From a phage, in the sequence record PX393110.1: a DNA stretch of 64,000 nucleotides; one strand, written 5' to 3'. The notes under the pieces are model-generated. The model was not told the DNA's origin and ran no database searches. It saw only the letters and a program-made list of their open reading frames with translations. The translations under genes were made by a program, and so were the position numbers. This document shows positions 52,725 through 63,616 of the stretch, in pieces (within the stretch, counting starts at the first letter, position 1; each line of letters begins with the position of its first letter).

Positions 52725-54302
52725 ATGGCAGAAAACGAAGTGGTCTCTAAGCAAGACTTAGATGACAAACCTGGTTCTCGCCAGGAGGTCTTAGCAAAGT
52801 TGCTAGACGATACCATCACTATGAAGCATAGCGATGGATTGTTGGGCACGGTACAGGCTTACCTTACCGATCGCCTTACCAATATGGTAACCACTCGTGA
52901 AAAGTATTTCAACGAGCTGGCGAGATTTCGCTATAACTATATCACAGCTGGTATCTATGATATCATCTGTAATGACGTGCTCACCAATACGGATGATGGT
53001 GGATTCGTCATAGAAATTGAAGGTGATGAAGAACTGACTCGGGAGGCAAATGAGCTAATTAAAGCTCTAGCTATCCCAGACTTCCTCACTTCCATTTTGC
53101 CGGAGTTACTGCATTATGGATCATACCCCTTAAGACCGTCACTGGAAGATGGCGAGGGATTGATTGGGTTGGTGGATGATTTTGATCCTCGTGATGTTAT
53201 CGCAGTAACTGATTCATCCGGCCTTCCTATTTTCTTCTTCGTAAACTATACGACGAAGGATGCTGGGTATATAGACTATGAGTCTCGTCAGAAAATGGAG
53301 TATCTAGGCCCTCAAGAGGTATCTTACCTCTCTCTGGATCAGAACTTCATTAAGCTGCCGATTCCCGATAAAGTCACTGCCCAGATGAAGCGTAAAATCA
53401 CGGAAGAGCTGGGTGAAGATGAACCCATGGTTAAGCTCATGGGTAAGTCGATTAAAATTCGTTCGTCCTTATCATTCTTATGGGGATCTCTGGATAAGCT
53501 CAAGAATATCTTGATGCTGGATAAGGTTAACGTCTATAAGACGCTGGCTAACCTCCTAAGTCCGTCTGTAATCGGTGTTCCTCTTCCGAACAATAACGAC
53601 ATTAAGCAGATGAAGTCTATAGTCAACGACTATGACCAAATCATTAACAGTACTAACCTGTTTGCTGCTGATATGAGTAACCTCCAGTTTAATCTGCAGG
53701 ATATCGTATCAGTTAAAGTCGTTCCTATCTCTGGAGATCGGTCTGTACCTCAGATCCTGGATACTGGTAAGTCGGATAACACTATCGATCCGGAGAAGAT
53801 CAGATCCGAGTTAGAGGTTCTGTTACAGTCCTATGGTATTCCTCTGGAATTATTCCTTGGAAGCCTTTCCTCTAAGGATAACCTAAGGACGAATATTCGT
53901 TACGCTAAGAAGATCAAGCGCATCGGTAAGAGTCTGTGTAAATGGCTGCAGTATCTGCTGCTGTTACACTTCGGCTTTAAATACGAAAATCTGGATCTAG
54001 AGTTATCTGAAATTAAGGTAACCCTGAAGTCCTCGATTAACGTAGATGCTCTTGAGAATATGGAGACTCAAGATCTTCTTATCACAAGTATTAATGGTAT
54101 GACTGGAATGCTGGATTCTCTGAAGAACGAGATCGAGAACTCCAATTATACTATTGATAACGATGCTCTGCTTAAGGTAGTCGCGGATACTCTCGCAGAT
54201 ATAGGCTCTCCGTTCCATGGAGTAATTAAGCTTAAGTCTGAGGTACCAGTAACCCAGCAGACTCCTCCTGCTCCCCCAGAAGATGGTGAAGAGAATGAAT
54301 AA
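52725..54302 (+). CDS. portal protein (putative)
   Basis: 525 aa ORF in the canonical terminase-portal-scaffold-capsid order; positional call only. Confidence 0.45.
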   Translation: MAENEVVSKQDLDDKPGSRQEVLAKLLDDTITMKHSDGLLGTVQAYLTDRLTNMVTTREKYFNELARFRYNYITAGIYDIICNDVLTNTDDGGFVIEIEGDEELTREANELIKALAIPDFLTSILPELLHYGSYPLRPSLEDGEGLIGLVDDFDPRDVIAVTDSSGLPIFFFVNYTTKDAGYIDYESRQKMEYLGPQEVSYLSLDQNFIKLPIPDKVTAQMKRKITEELGEDEPMVKLMGKSIKIRSSLSFLWGSLDKLKNILMLDKVNVYKTLANLLSPSVIGVPLPNNNDIKQMKSIVNDYDQIINSTNLFAADMSNLQFNLQDIVSVKVVPISGDRSVPQILDTGKSDNTIDPEKIRSELEVLLQSYGIPLELFLGSLSSKDNLRTNIRYAKKIKRIGKSLCKWLQYLLLLHFGFKYENLDLELSEIKVTLKSSINVDALENMETQDLLITSINGMTGMLDSLKNEIENSNYTIDNDALLKVVADTLADIGSPFHGVIKLKSEVPVTQQTPPAPPEDGEENE

Positions 54303-54549
54303 ATCTGAGCTGCTTATGCAAGCTGTTGATGAGTCTGCTGCTACTACGTACACGCTGACTCGCCTTGCAAAAGATAACAGCGATACCGTAAATGGTGTGC
54401 TGGATAACTTCCTCCGTGACGTGCAGATCCACGATGCTGGCGCTACTGCATCTATCGATGACAATGGCGATCTCATAGTAACTACTCGCCTCGGCGATGG
54501 TCTGACTTATATCATGGAAAAGTACGGCTTCGGCTACACTAAGTCGTAA
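54283..54549 (+). CDS. hypothetical small protein
   Basis: 88 aa; alternative start MNKSEL at 54295. Confidence 0.3.
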   Translation: MVKRMNKSELLMQAVDESAATTYTLTRLAKDNSDTVNGVLDNFLRDVQIHDAGATASIDDNGDLIVTTRLGDGLTYIMEKYGFGYTKS

Positions 54550-54561
54550 TAAGGAACCGCT

Positions 54562-55998
54562 ATGGAAGTAGTAGACTCGGTCAATGCTGTTGACTTAGTT
54601 GAGGTATCCGAGGCAGTCCAATTCGACGTAGTTGAAAATGCATCCGAAGTTGATGGAAAATACGTCCTAGCTAAAGCCGTAGGTCCTGCGTTCTTTCCTG
54701 GTCAAACCTCTGGTAATAAAGTTTATTACCCAGAGGCGCTCTGGGAAAAAGTGCTGGCTGATGGGGACGTTAATTCCCGGCTGCAAAACCGTACCATGTT
54801 TGGTACGATTGGTCACGACATTGAAGATATCAATGACGAGGTCATCCGTCGAGGCGAACTGTCTCATATCGTAACTAAACTTTTTGTAGATGATGCTGGT
54901 GTAGGTCGAGCTGAGTATCTGGTAGTCAATACCCCGACTGGTCAGATTCTCAACACGCTACTCCGAGCAGGCTCTAAGCTGCGGGTGTCTACAAAGGCTA
55001 AGGGAGCGCTATCCCATCCAGATGAGAATGGGGTCAAAACTCTCAGAAGCTACTATCTTAAAAGGATAGACTTCGTACTTACCCCCGGATTCGAGCAGGC
55101 ACTGCCCGAAGTAGCAGAGTCTCTGAACAAAATCCGTAACCAACTACCAGATCCCGTCGAGGAGAGTAAAATGGAACAGAACGAATTCATTGAGCACCTT
55201 AAGACTGAGAATGCTCAGCTGAAGGCTCAGGTTGATGAATCTAAACAGGCCAATACGGTCCTGAAAACTCAGCTGGAAGAAGCGAAGACCCAACTGGCTA
55301 CCGCTACCACCCAGCTGGCCGAAGTTAGCGAGTCCCTGGCTAAATACCAGACTCTGGGCACCTTCGAGCAGGTAGATGAGGCATTGACTAAAGGTGCTGA
55401 AACTATCACTTCTCTGAAAGAATCTCTGAACGAGACTATTGAAGAGTCTGCTCACGACATCCACGATCTGGAAGTCGTAGAAGAAGCTCTGGAGAAATAT
55501 AAAGAGCTGGGTACTCCAGAAGAGATCTCTGAAGCTATCGCCACCCTGAATGGACTGATCGAAGAGAAAGAGACCCAGGTCTGCGAATCTCTGGCCAAGA
55601 AATTCAAACGTAGCCCTAACATGATTAAAACCATGCAGACTGCGTTGGGTGGTCTGGATAAAGTCGAAGAAGCTCTGTTAGCCGAAGCTGCTGAACTGGG
55701 CATCAAAATCGACGAATCCGACGATGGCGAAGATAAAGGCGACGGTAAAGACGATAAGGGTGATGACAAATCCGACAAGAAAGATGGTGGGGATGACAAA
55801 GGCGACGACGCTGATGAATCCAAGAAAACTCCATCTAAAGTCGAAGAGTCTCTGAATCGCGTAAATCGCCTGGGTTCTCTGATGTCTACCAGACAGATCC
55901 GTACCAATCTGATTAATACTCAGAAAGTAGACGAGTCTGCCGGTAAAACTGCCGACGCACCTCAATCTCGTGCCGGTAAACTGATGTCTCGTCGATAA
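54562..55998 (+). CDS. scaffolding protein, possibly with N-terminal prohead-protease-like domain
   Basis: 478 aa; central coiled-coil-like heptad region; acidic D/G/K repeat (DDGEDKGDGKDDKGDDKSDKKDGGDDKGDD). Confidence 0.4.
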   Translation: MEVVDSVNAVDLVEVSEAVQFDVVENASEVDGKYVLAKAVGPAFFPGQTSGNKVYYPEALWEKVLADGDVNSRLQNRTMFGTIGHDIEDINDEVIRRGELSHIVTKLFVDDAGVGRAEYLVVNTPTGQILNTLLRAGSKLRVSTKAKGALSHPDENGVKTLRSYYLKRIDFVLTPGFEQALPEVAESLNKIRNQLPDPVEESKMEQNEFIEHLKTENAQLKAQVDESKQANTVLKTQLEEAKTQLATATTQLAEVSESLAKYQTLGTFEQVDEALTKGAETITSLKESLNETIEESAHDIHDLEVVEEALEKYKELGTPEEISEAIATLNGLIEEKETQVCESLAKKFKRSPNMIKTMQTALGGLDKVEEALLAEAAELGIKIDESDDGEDKGDGKDDKGDDKSDKKDGGDDKGDDADESKKTPSKVEESLNRVNRLGSLMSTRQIRTNLINTQKVDESAGKTADAPQSRAGKLMSRR

Positions 55999-56053
55999 CA
56001 GACTCAGTATCCGTAAGTGTAATTTGACTTTCCATGATTAAGGACTAATTTTC

Positions 56054-57481
56054 ATGACTAAGCAGAATATCGTGCTGTCTAACGTCGACGAGGCTTCCGC
56101 AGATGTAATGGCTAACGCCTACTTCGACAAATACAGCGAACAAATGGATGCATACGCATCTAACTCCATCCTGGCTCGCGTTAACGAAAGCCTGTCTCCG
56201 TTCGAAATGATCGCTGTAGGTCAGACTCTGGACCAGTACCAAGGTTACCAGAAGTATGTCAACGAATCCATGAGCGGCCTGGCATCTATGGGTGCTATTC
56301 CGGCAATCGCTCTGGATGTTATCACCGCATCTGTCGGTAACTCTATCCTGCCTCTGGTCTGCTCTATCCAGCCGATCCCTGAAGAGCATGGTATTGTTTA
56401 CTATCGCCAGATTAAAGCATCCCAGACCTCCGGCGGTTACACTGCAGGCGACGTGATCCGTGATCCGCTGTCTCGTGATAATCCTGGTGAAGGTACCCTG
56501 GGTGCCCAGCGTCGTCAGCAGGTAATTGGTACCGGTAACGGCAGCGAAACTAACTTCGCCGCTACTCTGGAACTGTATCCGGTTCGTCCGAACATGGTCT
56601 TCGTCAACATCCCTGGTGTTGGTAACGGTCAGGACGACGGTAACGGTAAGATCCTGGGCTTCGGCTTCGATGGTACCATCAACTACAAAACTGGCGCGAT
56701 CACTATCGCAGCTAAAGCAGCTGTTCCTAACACTGCTCAGGTTGCTGTTCGCTTCGACGTTGATGTTGATCTGCTGGATAACCTGGATAAAATCCAGGCT
56801 GGCCTGATCTCCAAAGATATCCGTGCGGAAATCTGGACCCTGGCTGCTGATATCGGTACCTTCGCTAACTTCGCCTTCCAGAACCGCTTCGGTCGTTCTG
56901 CAGAAGATGAAGTCGCATCCGATCTGTCCAACGAAATCACTAACGTTCTGAACGTTCGTGCTATCAAACAGATCGCTGCGATGGCTATCGGCGAAACTAT
57001 CTGGGATCAGACTCCTCCTGCTGGTGTTTCCTATGCGGAACACAAACTGACTCTGGTTGATACCTTCGCTCGTGCTGAATCCGTGTTGCACAACAACGCT
57101 GGTGTAGGCTCGGTGAACCGTATCATCTGCGGTCGCTCTGCTGCTGCGGTATTCCGTGGTATGCCTGAGTTCACCCCAGCAGGTCAGTCTGTCGGTACTT
57201 CCGTATCTCTGTATGGCTTCTACGACGGCGTGCCGGTAATTCGTGCAACTGGTGTTATCGAAGATAACGCTGCTTATCTGATCTGCAACCCGGACGGTTA
57301 TTTCAACTGCCCGCTGGCATACTCTCCGTTCATGCCGCTGATCGTTACCGATACCATCCAGAACCCGAACAACCCGTTCCGCGGTACTAAAGCTGCTGGC
57401 GTTTGGGCTGGTATGACCCAGCTGAACCCGAACCTGGTAACCAAACTGACCTTCAAACTGGCTAACTTCTCTGGTAGCTAA
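56054..57481 (+). CDS. major capsid protein (putative)
   Basis: 475 aa; markedly biased codon use (CTG, CGT, GGT, AAC) typical of a very highly expressed gene; strong terminator follows. Confidence 0.5.
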   Translation: MTKQNIVLSNVDEASADVMANAYFDKYSEQMDAYASNSILARVNESLSPFEMIAVGQTLDQYQGYQKYVNESMSGLASMGAIPAIALDVITASVGNSILPLVCSIQPIPEEHGIVYYRQIKASQTSGGYTAGDVIRDPLSRDNPGEGTLGAQRRQQVIGTGNGSETNFAATLELYPVRPNMVFVNIPGVGNGQDDGNGKILGFGFDGTINYKTGAITIAAKAAVPNTAQVAVRFDVDVDLLDNLDKIQAGLISKDIRAEIWTLAADIGTFANFAFQNRFGRSAEDEVASDLSNEITNVLNVRAIKQIAAMAIGETIWDQTPPAGVSYAEHKLTLVDTFARAESVLHNNAGVGSVNRIICGRSAAAVFRGMPEFTPAGQSVGTSVSLYGFYDGVPVIRATGVIEDNAAYLICNPDGYFNCPLAYSPFMPLIVTDTIQNPNNPFRGTKAAGVWAGMTQLNPNLVTKLTFKLANFSGS

Positions 57482-57507
57482 GATTTGATGCGTTAAGTTG
57501 GCATTAG

Positions 57508-57540
57508 CTACGGCCTCTTATTGAGGCCGTAGTTTTTCTT
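57508..57540 (+). terminator. rho-independent terminator
   Basis: CTACGGCCTC-TTATT-GAGGCCGTAG followed by TTTTTCTT. Confidence 0.65.
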
Positions 57541-57630
57541 GTTTTAATTTACTTTGACATATCTCGATTAGTCAAACTAAATTTAGTCAGGACGACACAC
57601 TAGCACTAACCACCAACCAAAGAGGTAGAT

Positions 57631-58341
57631 ATGTATAAGGTAACTAATAAGTCCGAGTACACTGTTCAAGCTAACCTGTCCGCAGACGGTCCGGTAAGCA
57701 TCGCTCCTAAAGAGAGTCTGACCATTCGTAACCCGTCTCGCGATTTCGTTAAAGAGATCGGTCGCGTATCTAACCTGCTTTCCTATACGGAAGTAAGTGG
57801 TGATGCGTCTGGCGATCAGACCGATAAAGACGAAGTGGTCGCAGCTGAGCCTGAACATCCGAACTCTCTGGACAAAGAGCCAGGTACTGTTATCCAGGGT
57901 ACTGCTCTGACCAAAGAAGAAATTAACACTGCTGCTGAGCGCTCTGATCATAAGATCAATGACAAAGTGCCCGATACTGCGGTAGTTGGCGCTAACCAGG
58001 ATGCTGCTGCACCTAAAACTGGTGGCGAGTCTAACGTCGCTCCTAAAGAAGTGACCGACGCAGAATTAAATAACGCTGGCGCTGCTGCTGGTGGTGAAGA
58101 TCAGGGTGCTGGTAATGCGGAAGATGCTTCTGCAGATAAATCCGACTCTGGCATCCGTCAGTTTACCGGTGAAGAACCCACCAAATCTGAAGAAGATGGC
58201 GAAGGTGAGCAGTACACTCGCGAAGAGCTGGAATCTACTCACTGGGCCACCGTTAAGAGCATCGCGGAATCTAACGGTATTGATTACACCAACAAAGGTG
58301 AAGCGATCACCGCTATTCTGGATGCTAAAGTAACCAAGTAA
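57631..58341 (+). CDS. hypothetical acidic low-complexity protein (possible capsid decoration/structural)
   Basis: 236 aa; Asp/Glu/Ala/Gly-rich. Confidence 0.35.
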   Translation: MYKVTNKSEYTVQANLSADGPVSIAPKESLTIRNPSRDFVKEIGRVSNLLSYTEVSGDASGDQTDKDEVVAAEPEHPNSLDKEPGTVIQGTALTKEEINTAAERSDHKINDKVPDTAVVGANQDAAAPKTGGESNVAPKEVTDAELNNAGAAAGGEDQGAGNAEDASADKSDSGIRQFTGEEPTKSEEDGEGEQYTREELESTHWATVKSIAESNGIDYTNKGEAITAILDAKVTK

Positions 58342-58374
58342 TAGCTAAAATTCAACGAGCCTACGGAGCATAGT

Positions 58375-58911
58375 ATGGATATTCGCAGTTTAGTTCTCCA
58401 GGGAACAGATACTCTCAGGAAGAATCAATATCCTACTGGTAAAGTAGGCTCGTTCGATTTTAACTATGTTATGAGAAATAAACAGCTCATCGTTAAATCT
58501 CAGGCACGCCCTTCCAGTGGTGAATCGTATTCGGCATATCAGTCCCAGATTGTATTCTCTGGAGTAGGTTATTCTGATGTTCCGTCTCCTGATTTCCCTC
58601 TGACGTACAATTCTCCTAACGGGAAGATTTATCTTCAGAAGCCTACCACTCGGAATACTGTCCAGATCAGATGTTCTTGTAAGGACGATTATTTCATGTG
58701 GCAGTACCCTAATAAGTCTAAGGGTGCTCTCCTGGGTAGATTTAAGCCGTATGTACGTAAAACAACGGATCGTCCTCCTAGAAACCCAGGCAACGTACCA
58801 GGAATGTGTAAACATGCTCTGGCTCTCGTGAAGAATCTGTTTTCTATGGGAGTTCTCCAGCCTGATTCTCAGGTACAAGAGTACTTATCAAGACCAACTA
58901 GGAGTATATAA
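58375..58911 (+). CDS. hypothetical structural-module protein
   Basis: 178 aa ORF. Confidence 0.4.
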   Translation: MDIRSLVLQGTDTLRKNQYPTGKVGSFDFNYVMRNKQLIVKSQARPSSGESYSAYQSQIVFSGVGYSDVPSPDFPLTYNSPNGKIYLQKPTTRNTVQIRCSCKDDYFMWQYPNKSKGALLGRFKPYVRKTTDRPPRNPGNVPGMCKHALALVKNLFSMGVLQPDSQVQEYLSRPTRSI

Positions 58912-59198
58912 TGGTAACTGCAGCAGAAGTTCTTTCGTCTGTTGACGAAGCCACTTATACGATCAAGCGCATCAAACAGATTCGTGACGGTCGTCTGGTG
59001 ATTCGTCAGAAGCGTCAGTACGCTGGTCCGGCACCTAAGCCAGGATTTAAGCGTAATCCTCAGACTGGCAACATCGAGAAGATGACAGCTACTGAGCACC
59101 GTAAGCGTTCTAAAGCTGTCCGTAAGGTACAGCGTAAGGCCACGGTTAAGCTGAAACGCGCTAAATCAATTCGTCGCAGAGAGGCTATGGGGTTATGA
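58911..59198 (+). CDS. hypothetical protein with basic C-terminus
   Basis: 95 aa; RKRSKAVRKVQRKATVKLKRAKSIRRR. Confidence 0.35.
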   Translation: MVTAAEVLSSVDEATYTIKRIKQIRDGRLVIRQKRQYAGPAPKPGFKRNPQTGNIEKMTATEHRKRSKAVRKVQRKATVKLKRAKSIRRREAMGL

Positions 59199-59824
59199 GT
59201 CTGAGCTATGATGAACTCGTTGAATCGTTCCTGTTAGAATCAGGGCAATTTATTCTGGATAGTCTGGATGATACTGCTCTTACGCAGGACCGAGTGGAGC
59301 TTATCATAGCTAAAGAGCTGGCCACCTACTCCAGATATAAACCTAATCTGGTTACTGGAGCTTTGAATCTCTGGAATAACCGAAGATTTACTGGTAAGGA
59401 TGAGCACGGTAATCCTGAGCCCATCCCTATCGTAATTCACCGACTATTCGTTAATGGTGGTTTTACTCGCTTGATCACCAACAATAGATTCGGTACCATC
59501 TCCCAGAACTACTGGCGCTTCGATAACGGGGTGTTCAATATGTATATGGAAGATGGGCAGTACTTGTGTGAGTATGCAGTAGCGCACGCCTATAATAAAG
59601 AAACTAAGTTAATCGACTCCTTAGACTTAACAGCAACTACGTTCATGAGCATGGTTCATGGTAAGATGATGCAAGTCTTAGGCAGGTCCCGACGAGCCTT
59701 CCAGATTAGTGATAGTCCTATACTGATGGATGGTGATGCACTAATAGCGGACGGCCAACAGATGTATGATCAGGCTATGGAAGATCTTAAAACCCAGAGC
59801 GATTACATGTTGGCTTCTATGTAA
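59195..59824 (+). CDS. hypothetical structural-module protein
   Basis: 209 aa; 4-nt overlap with upstream gene. Confidence 0.4.
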   Translation: MSLSYDELVESFLLESGQFILDSLDDTALTQDRVELIIAKELATYSRYKPNLVTGALNLWNNRRFTGKDEHGNPEPIPIVIHRLFVNGGFTRLITNNRFGTISQNYWRFDNGVFNMYMEDGQYLCEYAVAHAYNKETKLIDSLDLTATTFMSMVHGKMMQVLGRSRRAFQISDSPILMDGDALIADGQQMYDQAMEDLKTQSDYMLASM

Positions 59825-59833
59825 GAGGCTTTT

Positions 59834-60397
59834 ATGGAGAAGAGAACTCACCAGGATAGACTGGAGGAGGCTTCCCGCAAGTTCGCATTAGTTCAAATAC
59901 CGTTAGCAGTGAAAACTGCTGGTATATATTGTCGGTTGTACCGTAAAGTCAACGACCTACGTGATGAGGTCTACGGCAATTACGGCGGAGTCGACGAACT
60001 AATCCCCATTACAGCGAACTCGGTGTATTCTGGCATGGATAATGCCGTTGCATCGGCATCAGGTTCGTCGCTGGACTTATCCAGCTTGGGTACTTTAGAG
60101 GACGGTGCGCTAGCTCAGAACGAAATAGACGTCTCTTCTGGCTACGAAGTAGAAGACGAGTTCCGAGTACTGCTTACCGCATCTCAATGGCGAATAGTAG
60201 CGGGCTATGAGGGAGGCTTCCTCGAGGATAGCGGATATGCTTTTGCTCTTACCTCAAAGGACTTAAAGACAGGTGATGTCGTAGAGTTCGATAGGAAAGA
60301 CGGAGCTCTCGCGAGATTCCGAGTAATTAAGCCGGTATCTCTTGGTCGTAAGGTGGATATCGTAACCAGATTTCAATTATCGAACATAGGGGATTGA
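59834..60397 (+). CDS. hypothetical structural-module protein
   Basis: 187 aa ORF. Confidence 0.4.
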   Translation: MEKRTHQDRLEEASRKFALVQIPLAVKTAGIYCRLYRKVNDLRDEVYGNYGGVDELIPITANSVYSGMDNAVASASGSSLDLSSLGTLEDGALAQNEIDVSSGYEVEDEFRVLLTASQWRIVAGYEGGFLEDSGYAFALTSKDLKTGDVVEFDRKDGALARFRVIKPVSLGRKVDIVTRFQLSNIGD

Positions 60398-60398
60398 T

Positions 60399-61064
60399 AT
60401 GTCTAGCTTGTCAATTACCCCAGCTGATGTAGTGGCTGCTCTTAATAAGTGGATAGCTTTAAACTATAAAACTGTTAGGAGTATTGTGTTCGATCCTATG
60501 GCTGGTTACGAGACTTCCATAGAGAATGTAAGGTCCACGAGTGTCCAGCTGAATAAATATCGTGAACCTAAATCCACGATGCCTATTCTGTCGTGGAACC
60601 GGACGCCCTTCCGCAGAGGAGATATGGGTAAGACCATAACTCAGAAGATGAAAGGTGCCGATGGCAAATGGTACAACGTAACTGTAGCCATGATGAAGAT
60701 GGACTACAGATTCGTATTCTTCGCCACGAATATGAAAGATGTTGAGCAGTTTGAGGTTGACTGGTTAACGCAGCGTGGGTTAAACGGGATTACGAATGCT
60801 ACAGTGAACATGGGGCAGTCGCTAGGTGAATTTACCTTCGCCTTAAACTGGGGCATGTCTCTGGAAGATATAACCTTTAATCTGGAGACTAATTACTACA
60901 AAGCCTTAACTGGCTCTGCGGAGATTAGTGGACCGGTTATATCAGCCACGGAACTGGGTGAGGATGACCTCAATAACCTTATCGAGGTGGTTGAGTTCCA
61001 ACTCCAGTCCTGTAATGGCGGAGTACTTCCGGATAAGTTTACAATTACAGATCTCGGAGATTAA
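60399..61064 (+). CDS. hypothetical structural-module protein
   Basis: 221 aa ORF. Confidence 0.4.
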   Translation: MSSLSITPADVVAALNKWIALNYKTVRSIVFDPMAGYETSIENVRSTSVQLNKYREPKSTMPILSWNRTPFRRGDMGKTITQKMKGADGKWYNVTVAMMKMDYRFVFFATNMKDVEQFEVDWLTQRGLNGITNATVNMGQSLGEFTFALNWGMSLEDITFNLETNYYKALTGSAEISGPVISATELGEDDLNNLIEVVEFQLQSCNGGVLPDKFTITDLGD

Positions 61065-61065
61065 G

Positions 61066-61257
61066 ATGTCTGAACAAAATAAAACCGACGCCCCAGTTAG
61101 CGAAAAGGTTCGCCTGTTCTCTATTGTGGATCATGACGTCGAGATCACCATTAAAGGTGGTCAAACTATCCTCGTTCCTCCGAAGGGCATCCTGAAAGAT
61201 GTTCCTAAAGAGTGGCTGGAAGATGTCAAACTTCCCGCTGGCGTTAAGATGAAATAA
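61066..61257 (+). CDS. hypothetical small protein
   Basis: start refined to MSEQNK (ATG 61066) with GGAGA upstream. Confidence 0.35.
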   Translation: MSEQNKTDAPVSEKVRLFSIVDHDVEITIKGGQTILVPPKGILKDVPKEWLEDVKLPAGVKMK

Positions 61258-61267
61258 GGAGATTTAA

Positions 61268-63067
61268 ATGTCTGCACCACGCGTAAGCTATGCGGAGCGC
61301 GATCTGAGTGCGTACGTTCCTGCTACTGAGACTATTTATGCGGCTATCGTAGTTGATGCTGTTAAAGGTCCGGTAGAGAAACCGATCGTGCCTGGCAATG
61401 CTCCCAACTTCCTGAAAATCTTTACGCCAAATGAGCAAATCGACATCGGTATGTCTACTGCGCACTTCTCTGCGCTGACCGTGTTGGAGAAATACTCCAG
61501 CGTGGTAGTAGTCCGTGCTGCCTCTGCTGATGCTCGCTATTCCGGCGCTCTGGTAAATAACGACGGTACCGTCGTTACCGCCAGTGATATTAAAGATCCG
61601 TCTGCAGTGGATATGGACGATGAGTCCTTCCTGATTGCCGCAGCTAACCAGGGTCTTTGGGGTGATGAACTCCGCTTCCAGGTACTCGGCTATAAAGCTA
61701 CTGAGACTGTCTCTGTAACTGGCGGTATTCTTAAGTCTACCCAGAAATGGGGTGCTGGTTATCCGGTTAAGTTGGCTGGGTCTAACCTGCCTGCTGAAGT
61801 AAATGATTATACCACTTACTTCGCAGTTCCGGCTACCGGTGGTATTAAACTGGCTACCAGCCGAGCTAATGCTACTGCATCTACTCCGGTCACACTGACC
61901 GTGTCCGATGCCACTGGCGTTATCGTATCTCCGGCTGTGGAGTACACCAAGACTCCTAATACCTTCAATCTGCGGGTATTTAAAGCAGACGATCTGGTTA
62001 ATCCGGTGCTGGATGTAATCGGTTCTAAGATCAATGGTCTTAAGGATCCGGACAATAAGTCTCTGTACATCGAAGATGTTACTGCCGACAATATCTATGC
62101 TCAGGTGTTTAACAACCCTCTGAATACTGATCCGGTAGCCGACATCGTTATCCCAGCAGCATTGGGTGGTGGTTCTAACGGATCTCCGGTTACCGATGGC
62201 GACTGTATTCGTGCTCTGAACAAGCTCAACAACCCTCGTGAATTCGCCATTAAAGTGATCATGAACGGTGGCCGTACTTCTCAGGCTTACGGTTCGGCAA
62301 TCATCGCTCTGGCAGAGTCCCGTGCTGACTGCGTCGGTATTACCTCGGTTCCTCTGACTGCACAGGGTGGCGTATCTCCTGCTCAGTCTATGGTTAACTA
62401 TCGTAAGCACGACACTAACTGGGATACCAGTTATGCTGCCATGTATGCGCCTCACGTTAAGATCTACGATCGTTACAACGACCGTAATCTGTGGGTATCT
62501 CCGGACGGTGTTGCGACGAAGGCTATCTTCGATACTGCGTCTAACTTCGAGATCTGGTACCCAGTTGGTGGTAACAAGCGCGGTGTGGTTAACGTGCTGG
62601 ATACGTACGTACACCTGCTCGATTCTGACCAGGATCTTCTGTATGATGCGGGTATTAACCCTATCGTATTCGAAGAAGGCGAAGGTATCAAGATCTGGGG
62701 TCAGAAGACTCTTCAGTATGCCAGCTCCATGCTGGATCGTCTGAACGTCCGACTCCTGCTGGTTACCATCGGTCCGGCTATCCGTAAACTGTTGGCGAAC
62801 TTCCTGTTCGAATTCAACGATGCGGATACTCGTGCACTGGCTAAAGGTATGGTCGATACCTATATGGATTCGATCATGGCTCGTCGTGGTGTTACTAAGT
62901 ACGTCACTATCTGTGATGATACCAACAACACTGCAAGCGATGTGGATAACCATATCCTGAGAGTAAGCCTGCTGGTTTGCCCGAATAATTCGACCGAATA
63001 CATCCCTCTGACTATTGGTATTACCAATAACAGTGTGGACTTCGATCTGGCCGCGGAAGCACTGTAA
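61268..63067 (+). CDS. tail sheath protein (putative)
   Basis: 599 aa, biased codon use, followed by a ~175-aa tube-sized gene; positional/size call. Confidence 0.45.
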   Translation: MSAPRVSYAERDLSAYVPATETIYAAIVVDAVKGPVEKPIVPGNAPNFLKIFTPNEQIDIGMSTAHFSALTVLEKYSSVVVVRAASADARYSGALVNNDGTVVTASDIKDPSAVDMDDESFLIAAANQGLWGDELRFQVLGYKATETVSVTGGILKSTQKWGAGYPVKLAGSNLPAEVNDYTTYFAVPATGGIKLATSRANATASTPVTLTVSDATGVIVSPAVEYTKTPNTFNLRVFKADDLVNPVLDVIGSKINGLKDPDNKSLYIEDVTADNIYAQVFNNPLNTDPVADIVIPAALGGGSNGSPVTDGDCIRALNKLNNPREFAIKVIMNGGRTSQAYGSAIIALAESRADCVGITSVPLTAQGGVSPAQSMVNYRKHDTNWDTSYAAMYAPHVKIYDRYNDRNLWVSPDGVATKAIFDTASNFEIWYPVGGNKRGVVNVLDTYVHLLDSDQDLLYDAGINPIVFEEGEGIKIWGQKTLQYASSMLDRLNVRLLLVTIGPAIRKLLANFLFEFNDADTRALAKGMVDTYMDSIMARRGVTKYVTICDDTNNTASDVDNHILRVSLLVCPNNSTEYIPLTIGITNNSVDFDLAAEAL

Positions 63068-63077
63068 GGAGATCAGG

Positions 63078-63602
63078 ATGCCGCCTATTACTTTGGATCA
63101 AGTCCGCAATCTGGGAGACTTCGCCACGATCGTCGACTGGGAATTACAGTTCATCACTGTACCTTCCGGCCTGAATAATCTGTCGGATGCAGTCTTCCTG
63201 CGTTGCGAATCTTCGGATATTCCGAAAAAGACTGGTACTTCCACATCTATCCAGATTCGTGGTCTGGTACCGGTTAAACAGCCTGGGATTTACGCTCCTC
63301 CGCAGACTCTTACACTCACCTGTAACGAAACTGTGGATAACGCAATCGCTCAGCAGATTGCTAACTGGCGTGAAATGTGCTATCAGACTGGTACTGGCGT
63401 TGCTGGTCGTACTCAGGATGTTAAGGCGAAACTGCGTCTTAAACGTCTGAATCGTCAGAAAGTCGGTATCTGGTATTATGATCTCGAAGGTGTATTCCTG
63501 GAAGATTATGATGCTGGTGGCCAGCTGGGCTCTACTTCGGCTGACGTACTGAAACCAGTCCTGACGTTGTCCTACGACGACTTCAAGGAAGGAGCTCTTT
63601 AA
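63078..63602 (+). CDS. tail tube protein (putative)
   Basis: 174 aa from ATG 63078 (AAGGAGA upstream), immediately after the sheath-sized gene. Confidence 0.4.
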   Translation: MPPITLDQVRNLGDFATIVDWELQFITVPSGLNNLSDAVFLRCESSDIPKKTGTSTSIQIRGLVPVKQPGIYAPPQTLTLTCNETVDNAIAQQIANWREMCYQTGTGVAGRTQDVKAKLRLKRLNRQKVGIWYYDLEGVFLEDYDAGGQLGSTSADVLKPVLTLSYDDFKEGAL

Positions 63603-63616
63603 TAGAGAGGTAGACC

